64,000 nucleotides of DNA from Candidatus Helarchaeota archaeon (GTDB lineage Archaea; Asgardarchaeota; Lokiarchaeia; Helarchaeales; RDOG01). The notes beneath the pieces are model-generated. The model ran no database searches and was not told where the DNA came from. It worked only from the letters and a program-made list of their open reading frames with translations. Positions 9,397-20,360 of the stretch are shown here, one piece after another. The position numbers and the translations under genes were made by a program. The DNA is taken from contig JAHPZH010000002.1 of NCBI GenBank assembly GCA_019058315.1, positions 512,001 through 576,000 on the forward strand. Reading direction: 5' to 3'. The first letter of the stretch is position 1. Each line of letters begins with the position of its first letter.

Positions 9397-10956
9397 TTAT
9401 TCATTTGAAAAGTTATTGCTTCCAAGAATTTTCTTTAAAGCAAAATAAACATTATTATTTAATATGTATAACAAATTTTCAATAACAAGGTCTTTAAAAT
9501 TTCCTAATGTTGTTAGATCTACTTGCCAAAAATCCTTATTTTTACAAATTTTAGTAACAAATTTCTCAATGGTCTCTGGTTTTTTACTATCTACATTTTG
9601 CCATTCAGAATTATAATATCTTATTACTTCTTCATCATCTTTTATTTCATAATGTTCTTTATCTCTTATCCCATAAAATTTGCCCTCTGATTCTTTGTTT
9701 ATTTTCATAAAATATAGAAAGGATGCAAAACTTAAAGGGATTAATTTTGGAATTTTTTTAAATTTCTCATAAAATTCAATTAGGGTAGGGAGAATTCTAT
9801 ATCTAATTTTTGAATTAGAATTGAGTGTTATGTTTATTAGACGATGTTCAATATAGGGATTTTCAAATCTCTCTAAAATGATATTTGTATAATTAATTAA
9901 TTCTCCTTTAGATATTTCCATGCTTGGGATAACTTCATCAAATAAAAAATTCCTTAAAAATTTATTTACTAATGGTTGTTCTATCGATTCTTTAACTAAA
10001 TTATTTCCCATTAAATAGGATAAATGGACCATTGAGGTATGTGCTCCGTTTAAAATCCTAACTTTTTTTAAATAATAAGGGGTTAAATCGGGAACAAATA
10101 AGACATTAAGATCTGCTTCATCTAAAGGAATCTTTTTTCGAACATTTTCTCCCCCCTCAATAACCCATATATGATATAATTCTGCAGTATTTAGCATTTT
10201 ATCCTCATATTTCAAAATTTTCCGAAATTGCTCCATTTCATCCCTTGGATAACCAGTAACAATCCGATCAACTAGTGTATTGCAAAAAATATTAGCTTTT
10301 TCTAGCCAATTCATAAATTTATTTTCCAGATTCCAATTTTTTATGAGTTTTTTAACAATCTTCTTTAAAGCATCACCATTATTTTCTACTAATTCTAAGG
10401 GAAGAATTATAAGACCAGCATCAGTTGAGGAGTCAAAATTTTCATACCTGTTGTATAAAAATGATGTTAATTTTCCAGGATAAGATATTGGAGGATTTAA
10501 GTCCATATTATCTTCTGAATTATAAGAAATGCCTGCTTCGGTCGTATTTGAAGTAATAATTTCTAATTCTGGACTCTTTGAAAATTTTAATATATCAATC
10601 CAATCAAGTTTAGCAGCATAAGCCTTGCTAATTGAAGATATTATGGAATAATTTTCTTGTTTTTGACCGTTTTTTAGCCCCCTTGAGCATAATGTAAATA
10701 AACAATCTTGATCATTTAATATTTTTGCTTTTTCAACATGAACTGGTTGAATAACAATTGCTCTGCCATTAAAAATGTTTCTTGAGTTGGCAATTTCAAG
10801 AAAATAATTAAAAAAAGCTCGGATAAAAACCCCCTCTCCAAATTGAATTACTTTTTCTGGTAATTCGAATTTTTTGCTCTCTGGTAATTGTATTTCAATT
10901 TCTGGTTGATAATTTGAAAGAAATTTTCTATTTAATAAAGGAATATCAGATACCAT
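9397..10956 (-). CDS. uxaB: Tagaturonate reductase / altronate oxidoreductase (mannitol dehydrogenase family)
   Basis: QFGEGVFIRAF, SNTTEAG, YPGKLT, ELVENNG, NTLVDRIVTG, KVRILNGAHT, RFENPYIEH. Confidence 0.92.
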   Translation of the reverse strand: MVSDIPLLNRKFLSNYQPEIEIQLPESKKFELPEKVIQFGEGVFIRAFFNYFLEIANSRNIFNGRAIVIQPVHVEKAKILNDQDCLFTLCSRGLKNGQKQENYSIISSISKAYAAKLDWIDILKFSKSPELEIITSNTTEAGISYNSEDNMDLNPPISYPGKLTSFLYNRYENFDSSTDAGLIILPLELVENNGDALKKIVKKLIKNWNLENKFMNWLEKANIFCNTLVDRIVTGYPRDEMEQFRKILKYEDKMLNTAELYHIWVIEGGENVRKKIPLDEADLNVLFVPDLTPYYLKKVRILNGAHTSMVHLSYLMGNNLVKESIEQPLVNKFLRNFLFDEVIPSMEISKGELINYTNIILERFENPYIEHRLINITLNSNSKIRYRILPTLIEFYEKFKKIPKLIPLSFASFLYFMKINKESEGKFYGIRDKEHYEIKDDEEVIRYYNSEWQNVDSKKPETIEKFVTKICKNKDFWQVDLTTLGNFKDLVIENLLYILNNNVYFALKKILGSNNFSNE

Positions 10957-11052
10957 TATTTTTTCACAAATGAATCTTATTTAAAAATTAAAAAAATTAT
11001 TTGAGTTTATAAATACAAGAATAACTCTAGGTTATTAGAAGAGGTCTATTAA

Positions 11053-12273
11053 TTGGATGATAACAACATCACAACTAAGTTATTTGAACACATTACAAAC
11101 ATGGACTATCCTAGGAAATCGGGGTCAGAAGGAGAAAAAAAAGCAGCAAGTTATATAAGCTCAATTTTCTCAAGATATGGATATGAACCAACGCATGAAA
11201 AATTTGGTTATTTTTCATCATCACCTATTCGTTCTGTCCTCTTTTTAATTATATTTACAAGTTATTTAATTCTTAGTTTGATTAATTTAGCGTATTTAGA
11301 TAATATCATTATTTCAATTTTTACAATAACAGTGCCTATTCTTATCATAATTCTATTTGTCAGGATTGATATTATTTTCAAAAGAATGATAAAAGGTCAT
11401 TCAAAGCGATTTTCAAAGTTAGAAAAAATGGATATTTCAAAAAAAATGAACGATAAATCATATCATGAATGTGAAAATATTATTGCAGAATATAGTCACC
11501 CTAATTATACAAAGCACTTATATATTACATCCCATTATGACACAATTTCTTTAAAATTACCGATGAAAGCTTTTTTTCCAATAATAATAATCGGATTTCT
11601 TTCATATCTTGGGTATATTGTCTTGTATATAGTAGAATTTGTCTTAAAATTTTTTAATTTGGAATTATTTACCTCCAATTGGTATATTTTTCTAATATTA
11701 TGCCTTCTAGCAATAATTTTTCTTGATTTTTTGTTAATTGTCCGTGGATTTCGCACGAATGTTTCACATGGCTCAATAGATGATGCGACAGGGATTTCAA
11801 TTATTTTAGAGCTATCTAATATTGTAAAGGAGATAAATCCTAGATTAAAAATAACTTTTATTATATTTAGTTCTGAAGAAGTTGGGTTCTATGGTTCTAG
11901 TTATCATTATTATAAAAATAAAAATTCATTTGATAAGGAAACGCAAATTATTTCTATTGATATGATTGGTGAAGTGCCACCGCTTTGTTATGTAAAATCA
12001 ATAAATCCTATTAAAAAAATTAAAACAGATAATGATTTTAATCAAGAAATAAAAAAGATAGCAAATGCTAAAAAAATACGTTTGAAAAGGATCAAATTTT
12101 TTTATCCTGGTTCGGATTTTGCTGTTTGGTTATTAAATGGTTATAAAGCAAATTGGATATATTCAAAAAGTAGATATATCCACTCAAAAAATGATAAACC
12201 TTCAAATGTGAATAAGAAACTATTAACAGAATGTTTTAAAATATTTGTTGAATTTTTTAAACATCATATTTAG
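11053..12273 (+). CDS. Membrane-embedded M28 family metallopeptidase
   Basis: PR.SGS.GE, SHYDT, GSIDDATG, SEEVG..GS, SIDMIG, SDF and IH...D, with four hydrophobic segments inserted. Confidence 0.85.
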   Translation: MDDNNITTKLFEHITNMDYPRKSGSEGEKKAASYISSIFSRYGYEPTHEKFGYFSSSPIRSVLFLIIFTSYLILSLINLAYLDNIIISIFTITVPILIIILFVRIDIIFKRMIKGHSKRFSKLEKMDISKKMNDKSYHECENIIAEYSHPNYTKHLYITSHYDTISLKLPMKAFFPIIIIGFLSYLGYIVLYIVEFVLKFFNLELFTSNWYIFLILCLLAIIFLDFLLIVRGFRTNVSHGSIDDATGISIILELSNIVKEINPRLKITFIIFSSEEVGFYGSSYHYYKNKNSFDKETQIISIDMIGEVPPLCYVKSINPIKKIKTDNDFNQEIKKIANAKKIRLKRIKFFYPGSDFAVWLLNGYKANWIYSKSRYIHSKNDKPSNVNKKLLTECFKIFVEFFKHHI

Positions 12274-12295
12274 ATTTTATGACCACTTAAAATCT

Positions 12296-12823
12296 CTATT
12301 TTTTGACATATTCAGAAAAAAGATTTCTTAGAACTTTGCATCCTTCTTCATAATCTGCTAATTCAGCCTTTTCTTCTGGAAAATACGGAATAGAATTGCT
12401 AACTTGTTGAAAGGTCTCAATATTTTCTTTTGTGGTTTGTTCTTGTGGAGTTAATTCTTCTCCTTCTTTCTTTGGTTTAACTTTCTCTAAAATATTAGAA
12501 GCTATCTTAGAAACCCCTAATATTACATTTAAAGCTCTTTGTGTCGGTACACTTCCTGCGATAGCACCCTTTAAGTGAAATAAAGGATCAGATAATGGCT
12601 TGGGTTCCGTATGTCCATAACAAGCAAATTTGCCTTCTTCTTCAAAAATTCTAACATGTAACCGCGTTTTAAGACCTAAACTATAGGTGAAACTTCTAAC
12701 TGCTCCCCTTAAAAAGTAAGTCTCTTGAACAAATCCTTTTTTTAAAAATTTATTAGTAATTTTTTCAATATCACCAATAAACATGATACAAGGCTTTCTT
12801 TTTAATTCAGATTCTTTTTCCAA
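12296..12823 (-). CDS. Hypothetical protein
   Basis: 175-aa ORF with host-like composition and a RLHVRIF...GHTEP motif; no family recognised. Confidence 0.7.
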   Translation of the reverse strand: MEKESELKRKPCIMFIGDIEKITNKFLKKGFVQETYFLRGAVRSFTYSLGLKTRLHVRIFEEEGKFACYGHTEPKPLSDPLFHLKGAIAGSVPTQRALNVILGVSKIASNILEKVKPKKEGEELTPQEQTTKENIETFQQVSNSIPYFPEEKAELADYEEGCKVLRNLFSEYVKK

Positions 12824-13011
12824 ATCAATCCACTATAAACCAATTTTAAAATTTCATAATAATATGCTTAATCTAATTTTAAAAATATATCCAACGAGAT
12901 TTTTTTCCAAAACATCAAAAAATTGAAGGAAATATGTCATGTCAATATTTTTGATTGGTTATTGCATAAAAAAAGTATTTCATTTCATATATTTAAAAAA
13001 TTATAGGGAGC

Positions 13012-13080
13012 TTATTTGCGTTGTTTTCTCCTTTTTGAACGCATTTTTCTTTTTCTTTTTTTCTTCCATTTTTCTCGCAT
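13012..13080 (-). CDS. rpl41e: Ribosomal protein eL41 (eS32), 22 aa, not in ORF track
   Basis: MREKWKKKRKRKMRSKRRKQRK*, matching the eukaryotic eL41 pattern [21 protein letters not shown]. Confidence 0.88.
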   Translation of the reverse strand: MREKWKKKRKRKMRSKRRKQRK

Positions 13081-13604
13081 AAAAAAACCAGCGTAATAAG
13101 CGCCTTTTATTTATTTCCTAATTATATTTTTTTTTAGGATTTATCAATCTTATTCTTTTTATTTCTAAAATAAATTTTCAAAGTTGACAAAATTTTTAAA
13201 TTAATTAAGAAGGAAATAAACCTCTTTTTCTCATATTGGAGTCTTTATTTATAATAAATATAGAAAATAAAAATAAAATTAGTTCTAGATATCATATATT
13301 AAAAGAATCTTGATAAAAATAATAGATTTATTTAGCATTTCTTAATATATTTTCAATTTTGGTTAAATTCTTTAAAAAATGGTTTTTTATGCTTTTTAAA
13401 ATTTATTATATTATTGAGACATTATTACAAAATTCTCGAAATTTATTAATATGCATTGAAAATTTTTGACTTAATGACAATATTTATTACGAATTTCATA
13501 ATCAAGTATTATTGAGTTGTAATTTAGTACTGGAGTGATAACTCAAAAAGACCGAAAAAAAATAAAATAAAACTAATAAATCAGAAAACGGGGCGTTAAA
13601 AAGA

Positions 13605-14192
13605 ATGACTAACACTATAATAAGAAATCAGGAGAATAAAAAGGGGAAAGAGGAATTATTAAACGATATCATTGATGATTTAATGGATGTATGTGATAGT
13701 ATACTGGCTACATATATTGCCGATTGGGAGGGGCTCTCGTTTGCCAGCAAGCTACCGCTAGATGTTAATGATGAAATTATCTCAGCAACTACTCTATTTA
13801 CATTAGAAGGTGCAGAGGCAACACGAAAGGAACTTGAAAAATCACTTCTTGGAAAAAATATTTCATATCTTATAATGATGACTGAGACTCAACTAGGGCC
13901 TGCCTATATGATAGTATTTCCAATCGAAACCTTGGGATATATTGCTTGTGTTTCTAAAAAAAGAGAAGACATGGGGATTATTATTCAAAACATGAAAACT
14001 GCATCAAAAAGTGTGAAAGATATACTTTTTGGCATATCAAGCGAAAAAATTGAAGATAGTGGACCAAGCCCACCAAAAGAATCAATTGAAACTAAAGAAG
14101 ATTACATAAAACAATTTGCAGGCGAAAAATACGATAATCTATGGAAAAAATTAAAAACTTTGAAAGATATGGCAGAAGAAAATAAATATTAG
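13605..14192 (+). CDS. Roadblock/LC7 (MglB/LAMTOR-like) domain protein with C-terminal extension
   Basis: Helix followed by ILATYIADWEGLSFASKLP...EIISA, the typical roadblock pattern. Confidence 0.75.
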   Translation: MTNTIIRNQENKKGKEELLNDIIDDLMDVCDSILATYIADWEGLSFASKLPLDVNDEIISATTLFTLEGAEATRKELEKSLLGKNISYLIMMTETQLGPAYMIVFPIETLGYIACVSKKREDMGIIIQNMKTASKSVKDILFGISSEKIEDSGPSPPKESIETKEDYIKQFAGEKYDNLWKKLKTLKDMAEENKY

Positions 14193-14304
14193 TAATAAAT
14201 TTAAAAATTATAATACTCAATCCCCTCTACTTTTTATTTTAGGATTGGTCCGATAATATTTTATACTTATTTTAAAGATTTTAATTAAAATTTTAATCTA
14301 ATTT

Positions 14305-14721
14305 TTGATAGAAATGAAAATTAAAATTAAAGAAAAAGATGAAGATCGGCTTATATCTTCTTTAAGAATTCATTGGGATTCAAGGACAAACCAGTATGTA
14401 GGTGATATGATTAATTTTTTGGATGAAATTTTCATGCAGTCTGGTTATAGTGTAATATGTTATCATTATGATGGTTTAGGGTGCCCACTTTCTATTATGA
14501 AAAATAAAAAATATGAAAAAGAAGATGATGAAATAATTAAAATAACAGAGCTGGAAATTGAAGATAAGGTTGATGAACAGTTAGCCGTTGCAAAAGAAGA
14601 CGGAAGTCTTACAAATATTTGGTATGGTAAATATTCACATGAAAGTGTTTTAATAAAATTTATTAAACAGAGATATAAATATTATTTTAGATTGGGGTCA
14701 GAAGAGTTAGAGCAATCTTAA
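14305..14721 (+). CDS. Hypothetical protein
   Basis: 138-aa ORF, co-oriented with its neighbours. Confidence 0.7.
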   Translation: MIEMKIKIKEKDEDRLISSLRIHWDSRTNQYVGDMINFLDEIFMQSGYSVICYHYDGLGCPLSIMKNKKYEKEDDEIIKITELEIEDKVDEQLAVAKEDGSLTNIWYGKYSHESVLIKFIKQRYKYYFRLGSEELEQS

Positions 14722-14748
14722 ATATATGTTTATCTAATATATTTTTGT

Positions 14749-15372
14749 ATGTCTGAAGATGAAGAAAAGAATTCTGACAAAGATGATGATTTACTATCTA
14801 TGGTCGATTCATTAATAGACTCAGAAGATGAAACTCCAAAATCTAAAATGAAAGATAATTTGGATGGAACTCCTAAAAAAACAAAAGTTGTTCCAGTAAT
14901 TGTTCGGCCCCCTAAGAAATTTAAACCAAGACCAATTAAAATTCAACCCAAAACCCGTGTAGAAACTGCGTTGGAATCCATTAAACAAATAAAACCAGTA
15001 TCTATCGATAAAAAATCTGAAATCCCACTTAAAAAGGAATCAACTCCCGAATTAACTTTAGATGAGTTAGCCGATACAGTTTTAGAAGAATTAGATACCG
15101 AATTAACCACTCCAGAGGTAAAGAGCTCCCAAAAAGACACTATAAAATTTGAATACAAAGTTAAAACAACTACACCAAGCTATGAAATAGAAGAACCTAA
15201 AAAGAGCATACCTTCCTCTTATAAGATTAAATTTGGTACTGCTCAAAAAATAAAATCAGTAAATTTAGATAGAGATATGTATGTAACTTGTCCGAAATGT
15301 AAACATTACTTTGAATCTATTGAAACCCAAGATATTATTTGTCCAAAATGTCGCCATGAATTTTCAATATAA
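14749..15372 (+). CDS. Low-complexity protein with C-terminal zinc ribbon
   Basis: Acidic and K/P/T-rich body, ending in CPKC-x12-CPKC. Confidence 0.75.
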   Translation: MSEDEEKNSDKDDDLLSMVDSLIDSEDETPKSKMKDNLDGTPKKTKVVPVIVRPPKKFKPRPIKIQPKTRVETALESIKQIKPVSIDKKSEIPLKKESTPELTLDELADTVLEELDTELTTPEVKSSQKDTIKFEYKVKTTTPSYEIEEPKKSIPSSYKIKFGTAQKIKSVNLDRDMYVTCPKCKHYFESIETQDIICPKCRHEFSI

Positions 15373-15504
15373 ATTTAATCTATAAAGGCAGTAGTAGTTA
15401 ATTAAAATTTCAACTTTTTAATATTAATAATTGCTAAAAATCTAACGATTGAGACACGTTCAAATAAAACTTTTAAGCATCTTATTGTTTAATACTATTA
15501 GTAG

Positions 15505-15900
15505 GTGATTCAAATTTCAATTGAAGAAAAAATTGATGAATACATCAACCGCAATAAAGGAAAAAAGACTAAGAAATCAATTATTGAACCCATAAACGAA
15601 AATATCTCGGTTCCAAGCGGTTATACAGGAAAGATGTTTAAAGAATTAGAAGATATCGGGTTCAGCATAAAGCCTTATAATTTACAGGATGCAAAAACTC
15701 AAGAATCAAAACTGCCACAAGGTGGTATATCTTTGAAAAATTTATTAAATACTTTGAGCCAAATTACTGATCCTGAAACCATGGCCGAGTATGAAAATAT
15801 GAGACGATTGCAAAATCCACTATTATTTGGTAAAATGAAGTGGATTCTTTTAGCTTTCTTGCTTTTTTCGATGATAAGCTTATTAATTATTTGGATGTAA
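15505..15900 (+). CDS. Hypothetical tail-anchored membrane protein
   Basis: Soluble N-terminal region, with a single hydrophobic helix at the extreme C-terminus (WILLAFLLFSMISLLIIWM). Confidence 0.7.
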   Translation: MIQISIEEKIDEYINRNKGKKTKKSIIEPINENISVPSGYTGKMFKELEDIGFSIKPYNLQDAKTQESKLPQGGISLKNLLNTLSQITDPETMAEYENMRRLQNPLLFGKMKWILLAFLLFSMISLLIIWM

Positions 15901-15917
15901 CTAATTTTTACTTAAGA

Positions 15918-16175
15918 TTATACAGGTGTTTTTTTAATTTCTTGAATCGCTATGAGAGCATCAATAGCAATTGATAAGTCATCCTCAGATTTTGTCTTTT
16001 TATATCTATTTCTTGCTAATTCATGAACGTCAAAAATTGCATTTTGAAAAGAACAAATATCATCTAAAGAAAAGCCAGAATTCGCTTTCGATTCCACTGT
16101 GAAAGTAAGATCATTTAATTTAAAATGTTTTTGATTCTCTTTATTTGCTTTCGCAATTTTTTTAAATAGACTCAA
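15918..16175 (-). CDS. Small hypothetical protein
   Basis: 85-aa ORF with a TTG start preceded by GGAG. Confidence 0.55.
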   Translation of the reverse strand: MSLFKKIAKANKENQKHFKLNDLTFTVESKANSGFSLDDICSFQNAIFDVHELARNRYKKTKSEDDLSIAIDALIAIQEIKKTPV

Positions 16176-16458
16176 TTAGATCTCCATCTACTATCTTTAA
16201 TTTGGAGATCATATTGAAATCATTAAAAAACGAGTAAAATCTAGAAAATATTAGGATAATATATGGATAAATTATAGGGAATATTCATTTAAATAACGAA
16301 AAATTATGAAAAAGGTTATAGAAGATATCAAAAGGATTTAGTTCAAAATTTTAAATTTTATTACTTATAAATAAAAACATAAAAAAAAATATGTCCACAT
16401 TGAGAGTATTAATAACAAATGCGATTGGCTTAAATCCTTTGCTTCTGAAAAATATCGT

Positions 16459-17397
16459 ATGAGTGTTAACTCCAATATAGATTCAGAAACAAAAGAAAAT
16501 AAAAATAAGATAGTAGACCAATCTCTAACTAAGTGTCCGGAATGTGGGTGCGAGGAAATTATTAGAGATTATATTCAAGCCGAACTTATATGTAGTAATT
16601 GTGGTTTGGTAATTTCAGAACATATGATAGAGTTCAAAACTAGAAGAGCATTTTCCCCAGAGGAGAGGAAGGAAAGAGAACATACAGGATCCCCTCTATC
16701 AAATATTCTTCCAGATCTTGGGCTTTCAACTTGTATTGATAAAAATAATCCAGAAGGTGCTAGTTCAAAAGAAATTCAAAAATTCAACCGTATTCGAAAA
16801 TGGAATACTCGAATGGACTGGCATCATCGAAATTTATCAATTGCTACAAATGAAATAAGACGAATATGCTCTCATTTAGAGCTTCCTGCCAGGGTTTCAA
16901 ATAGAGCTGCTACTTTATACCGTAAAGTCTACAAAAAAAACCTTTTAAAAGGAAGAAGCATTAAATCAATGGTTTGTGCATGTGTATATATCGCCTGTAG
17001 AGAACACAAAATCCCAAGAACTCTAACTGAAGTTTGTGGTCTTTCTACTGAAAATAAAAAAACAATTCGAAGATGTTATAAGATAATCCTTCAAAATTTG
17101 AAAATTAAAGTTCCAAATTTAAAAGCAAAAGAATTACTTGCAAAAATGGCAAGTAGTCTCAAAATTTCAAAAGAAATTGAAAATAGAGCTTCAGAAATTA
17201 TTCAAATTGCTAAAAAGAACCGTAACCTTACCGGTAAAGATCCAAAAGGTATTGCTGCTGCGGCTATTTATTTGGCTTCGTTAGAAATGAATAATAGAAA
17301 ATCACAAAGTGAAGTTTCCAAAGTAGCAGAAATCACTGAAGTTACCTTAAGAAACCGTTATAAAGAATTATTAAAAATCATAAGTGAGGAAACTTAA
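16459..17397 (+). CDS. tfb: Transcription initiation factor IIB (TFB)
   Basis: Zn ribbon CPECG...CSNCG, B-reader RAF, two cyclin repeats, GKDPKGIAAAAIY and VTLRNRYKEL. Confidence 0.97.
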   Translation: MSVNSNIDSETKENKNKIVDQSLTKCPECGCEEIIRDYIQAELICSNCGLVISEHMIEFKTRRAFSPEERKEREHTGSPLSNILPDLGLSTCIDKNNPEGASSKEIQKFNRIRKWNTRMDWHHRNLSIATNEIRRICSHLELPARVSNRAATLYRKVYKKNLLKGRSIKSMVCACVYIACREHKIPRTLTEVCGLSTENKKTIRRCYKIILQNLKIKVPNLKAKELLAKMASSLKISKEIENRASEIIQIAKKNRNLTGKDPKGIAAAAIYLASLEMNNRKSQSEVSKVAEITEVTLRNRYKELLKIISEET

Positions 17398-18012
17398 GAA
17401 AAGTCATAAAATTTCTATTTTTTTTATTTTTCATCAATTCTCCCCCTTTTTTTTAAATAATTGGTTAATAATTTTAAATTTTTTATCAAAAGTAGTCTAT
17501 AAAAAAAAGGGAAGTTAATTTTATAGGCTGGATATTACCAAGGGAAATTATAAAATGAACCATGATATTTTTTGTAATTTTGCGCTTAAGAGAAATAATT
17601 GAATGGTCTTTGTTTTTTTAATGTTTTAAAGAATTTAGACCATAGATTCACATGAACTTTCTATTTCTTTGCAACTTTTGAATCTTTAAAAAATTAAGCG
17701 CTTTGTAAATAAGTGAAATTAATGAATCCCCGATTATCAAAGAAATAATGAATCTTGAATATTTTTGATATTTGGAATTATTTACTAGATTACCGAAATC
17801 GTTTTTCCAATTACCTAAATTAACTTCCTAATTAAATATACGAAGACAATAATTTAAACTTTTATTGTTTTTCATCGCTCTTTTTTTCTTCTTATTATAA
17901 AAATTTAAATTTAAAAAATAAAGCCCGCTATTTTTTATATCTTATTTTCATTCCGAATATAAAGGTATAAAGATTAAATTGTTATTTAAATTTAATAGGA
18001 ATTGAAACAAAA

Positions 18013-18477
18013 ATGAATAGCAATCCGGACAAAGAAACTAAAACTGAGATTTTCAGTCAATTTATAATTTATTCACTCTTTGCTGTTATTACAACTATCA
18101 TTAATTTGGGCGGACAAGTCCTTTTTACTAATATTCTACTATTAGATTATGTTTTAGGTGCAATAATTGCATTAGCTATAGGTTACACAATTAAATTCTT
18201 TTTAGATTGCTTTATAACTTTTAAAAGCCAAAGAAAGGATGAGGTTGATATTCGAAAACATTATTTAGTATATATGATGACAGCAGTCATTTTTTATTTA
18301 TTGAACTTAGTTATTCAAATTTATATTTGTACTCCCATTGTTGAAAGTCTGATTTCGGATCCTCTTTGGGTTACTCTGTTATCCGCAGGGTCTGCTGTAG
18401 CAGTTGTATTTTTAATCAAATTTCCCTTTGATAAATATATAATTTTTAAATTATTACCTGAAAAAATGGTTAAATAA
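18013..18477 (+). CDS. GtrA-like four-TM protein (putative lipid-linked sugar flippase)
   Basis: Four hydrophobic helices, with KFFLDCFITF and KFPFDKYIIF motifs. Confidence 0.75.
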   Translation: MNSNPDKETKTEIFSQFIIYSLFAVITTIINLGGQVLFTNILLLDYVLGAIIALAIGYTIKFFLDCFITFKSQRKDEVDIRKHYLVYMMTAVIFYLLNLVIQIYICTPIVESLISDPLWVTLLSAGSAVAVVFLIKFPFDKYIIFKLLPEKMVK

Positions 18478-18484
18478 GCTAAAA

Positions 18485-20299
18485 TTAATCGTTTGATTTC
18501 AAAGAGATGTAATAATAATCTCCGGTTTTTTTCTGTTTTCTATCTAACTCAGAATTTAATTTGTTTACTCTTGGTCTACCTGTACGTGGGTCTCGACGAA
18601 AAGTAATATTAACATTTTTTAAAAATAGGTTCATCCCACTTTTTAGATCGATTGGGGGAGTGGAAAAACCTTTCTTTCCCGATTCTCCTGAAAATACAAT
18701 TAATGAATCACTTAAAAAATCAACAGCCAAAATATCATGTTCAACTATAAAGGCGGCTGCTTTTTTATTTTCTATAAACCTTTTTATTGTTTTTGTAATT
18801 GTTAAACGTGCATAGCTATCAAGGTAAGCTGAAGGTTCATCAAATAGATAAACATCGGCTTCTTTAGAAAGAGTATTAGCAATTGCAAGTTTTTGAAGTT
18901 CTCCTCCTGATAATTCTGTAATATATCTTTCTTCTAATTCAGATAAATTAAATGGTTTTAGAATTTGAGATTTGTAAATTGCGGTATCAAAATTTTTACC
19001 AGCTGATTCTCTTAGAAGCATTTCAACTGTGCCATCAAATTCAATATTCAAATATTGTGGTTTTAATGCTATTTTAAGTTCTTTTTCTAATGGTTCACCT
19101 ACATCAGGGGGTAATTCACCACCCAACAATTTAATAAATGTAGATTTTCCCAATCCATTTTTACCAACTATCCCTATAATTTCTCCTTTGTGAATAACTC
19201 CTTCATTAATCTTAAGATAAAAATCTCCCAGTTGCTTTTCCATTTTATTATAACTTGTTATCACTTCTGTACTTTCCCATCCTCCTGAACCTAGTGGATT
19301 TAAATGAAATCTTATAGGTTCTGTTCGAAATCGAATATTTTCATCTGGCAAAAAGCCATCCAAATAAAGGTTTATACCCTCTCTAACACCATGAATATGG
19401 GAAACAATTCCATAAACTGCTGGTTGCCCATATAGGATATGGACATAATCGCTAAGATAATCGCAAATTATTAAATCATGTTCTACAATAATTACCGTCT
19501 TTCCCAATGTTGCTAATTGATGGAGGACTTTAGTAACTTCTAACCGCTCTTTGACATCTAAATAACTGGATGGTTCATCAAAAAAGTATACATCTGCATC
19601 TCGTGCAATAACTGCTGCTATTGCAGTTCTTTGCAATTCTCCTCCTGACAAAATATTTAAGTTTCTATTCCAAAATTCTTTCAAATTTAAGGATTCTTTT
19701 AATTCATTAATTACTCCTCGCTCATTCACCTTCTCTAAAAGCTCTGATACAACACCTTTTGTAATTTCTGGTATCTTGGTTACATATTGGGGTTTATGTA
19801 CTAATTTTACTTGATTTTCTGAAATATCTTTAAAATAATTTTGAAGTTCTGAACCCCGAAAATTACGAATAATTTCATTCCATTCTGGCGGTTCTTCTGG
19901 ATGCCCTAAATTTGGCTTGATTTCTCCTGCTAGAATTTTTATGGCCGTAGTTTTGCCAGAACCATTAGGTCCTATTAACCCAATTATTTTTCCAGCTTTA
20001 ACAATTGGAAGGCGGAAAAGTACAAAACCTCCTAAATCAAATCTATGAACAAAATCACTCTTTAATTCCTCTGCTATATTTGCAATAGTAATTGCGTGAA
20101 ATGGACATTTTTTAACACATATACCACAGCCAGTACAAACATTTTCAATAATTCTCGCCTTATTAATATCCTCATCCAAAATGATTGCTTCTGCCCCAGA
20201 ACGAACTACAGGACAAAAACGTATACAAGGGACTTTTTGAGTCGGAGGAGCACATTTCTCGGGTCTGCAGCGATCTGGTTCAATTACGCCTACTCTCAA
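18485..20299 (-). CDS. rli: Ribosome recycling ATPase ABCE1 (RLI)
   Basis: N-terminal 2x[4Fe-4S] domain (CTGCGICVKKCPF), two ABC domains (GPNGSGKTT, GKNGLGKST, LSGGELQ, DEPS) and TFRRDP..GRPRVNK. Confidence 0.98.
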   Translation of the reverse strand: MRVGVIEPDRCRPEKCAPPTQKVPCIRFCPVVRSGAEAIILDEDINKARIIENVCTGCGICVKKCPFHAITIANIAEELKSDFVHRFDLGGFVLFRLPIVKAGKIIGLIGPNGSGKTTAIKILAGEIKPNLGHPEEPPEWNEIIRNFRGSELQNYFKDISENQVKLVHKPQYVTKIPEITKGVVSELLEKVNERGVINELKESLNLKEFWNRNLNILSGGELQRTAIAAVIARDADVYFFDEPSSYLDVKERLEVTKVLHQLATLGKTVIIVEHDLIICDYLSDYVHILYGQPAVYGIVSHIHGVREGINLYLDGFLPDENIRFRTEPIRFHLNPLGSGGWESTEVITSYNKMEKQLGDFYLKINEGVIHKGEIIGIVGKNGLGKSTFIKLLGGELPPDVGEPLEKELKIALKPQYLNIEFDGTVEMLLRESAGKNFDTAIYKSQILKPFNLSELEERYITELSGGELQKLAIANTLSKEADVYLFDEPSAYLDSYARLTITKTIKRFIENKKAAAFIVEHDILAVDFLSDSLIVFSGESGKKGFSTPPIDLKSGMNLFLKNVNITFRRDPRTGRPRVNKLNSELDRKQKKTGDYYYISLKSND

Positions 20300-20360
20300 T
20301 TATTAACACCATAAAAAGTAAAAGAAATATCAAAATAAGATATAAATTTTATAAAAAGGG

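Noticed and set aside
17648-17875. Minus-strand 76-codon frame interrupted by one TAG (17828-17830), as a pyrrolysine gene or pseudogene
   Set aside because: The translation has no recognisable motif and no pyl genes are present in the window, so it is compatible with chance.
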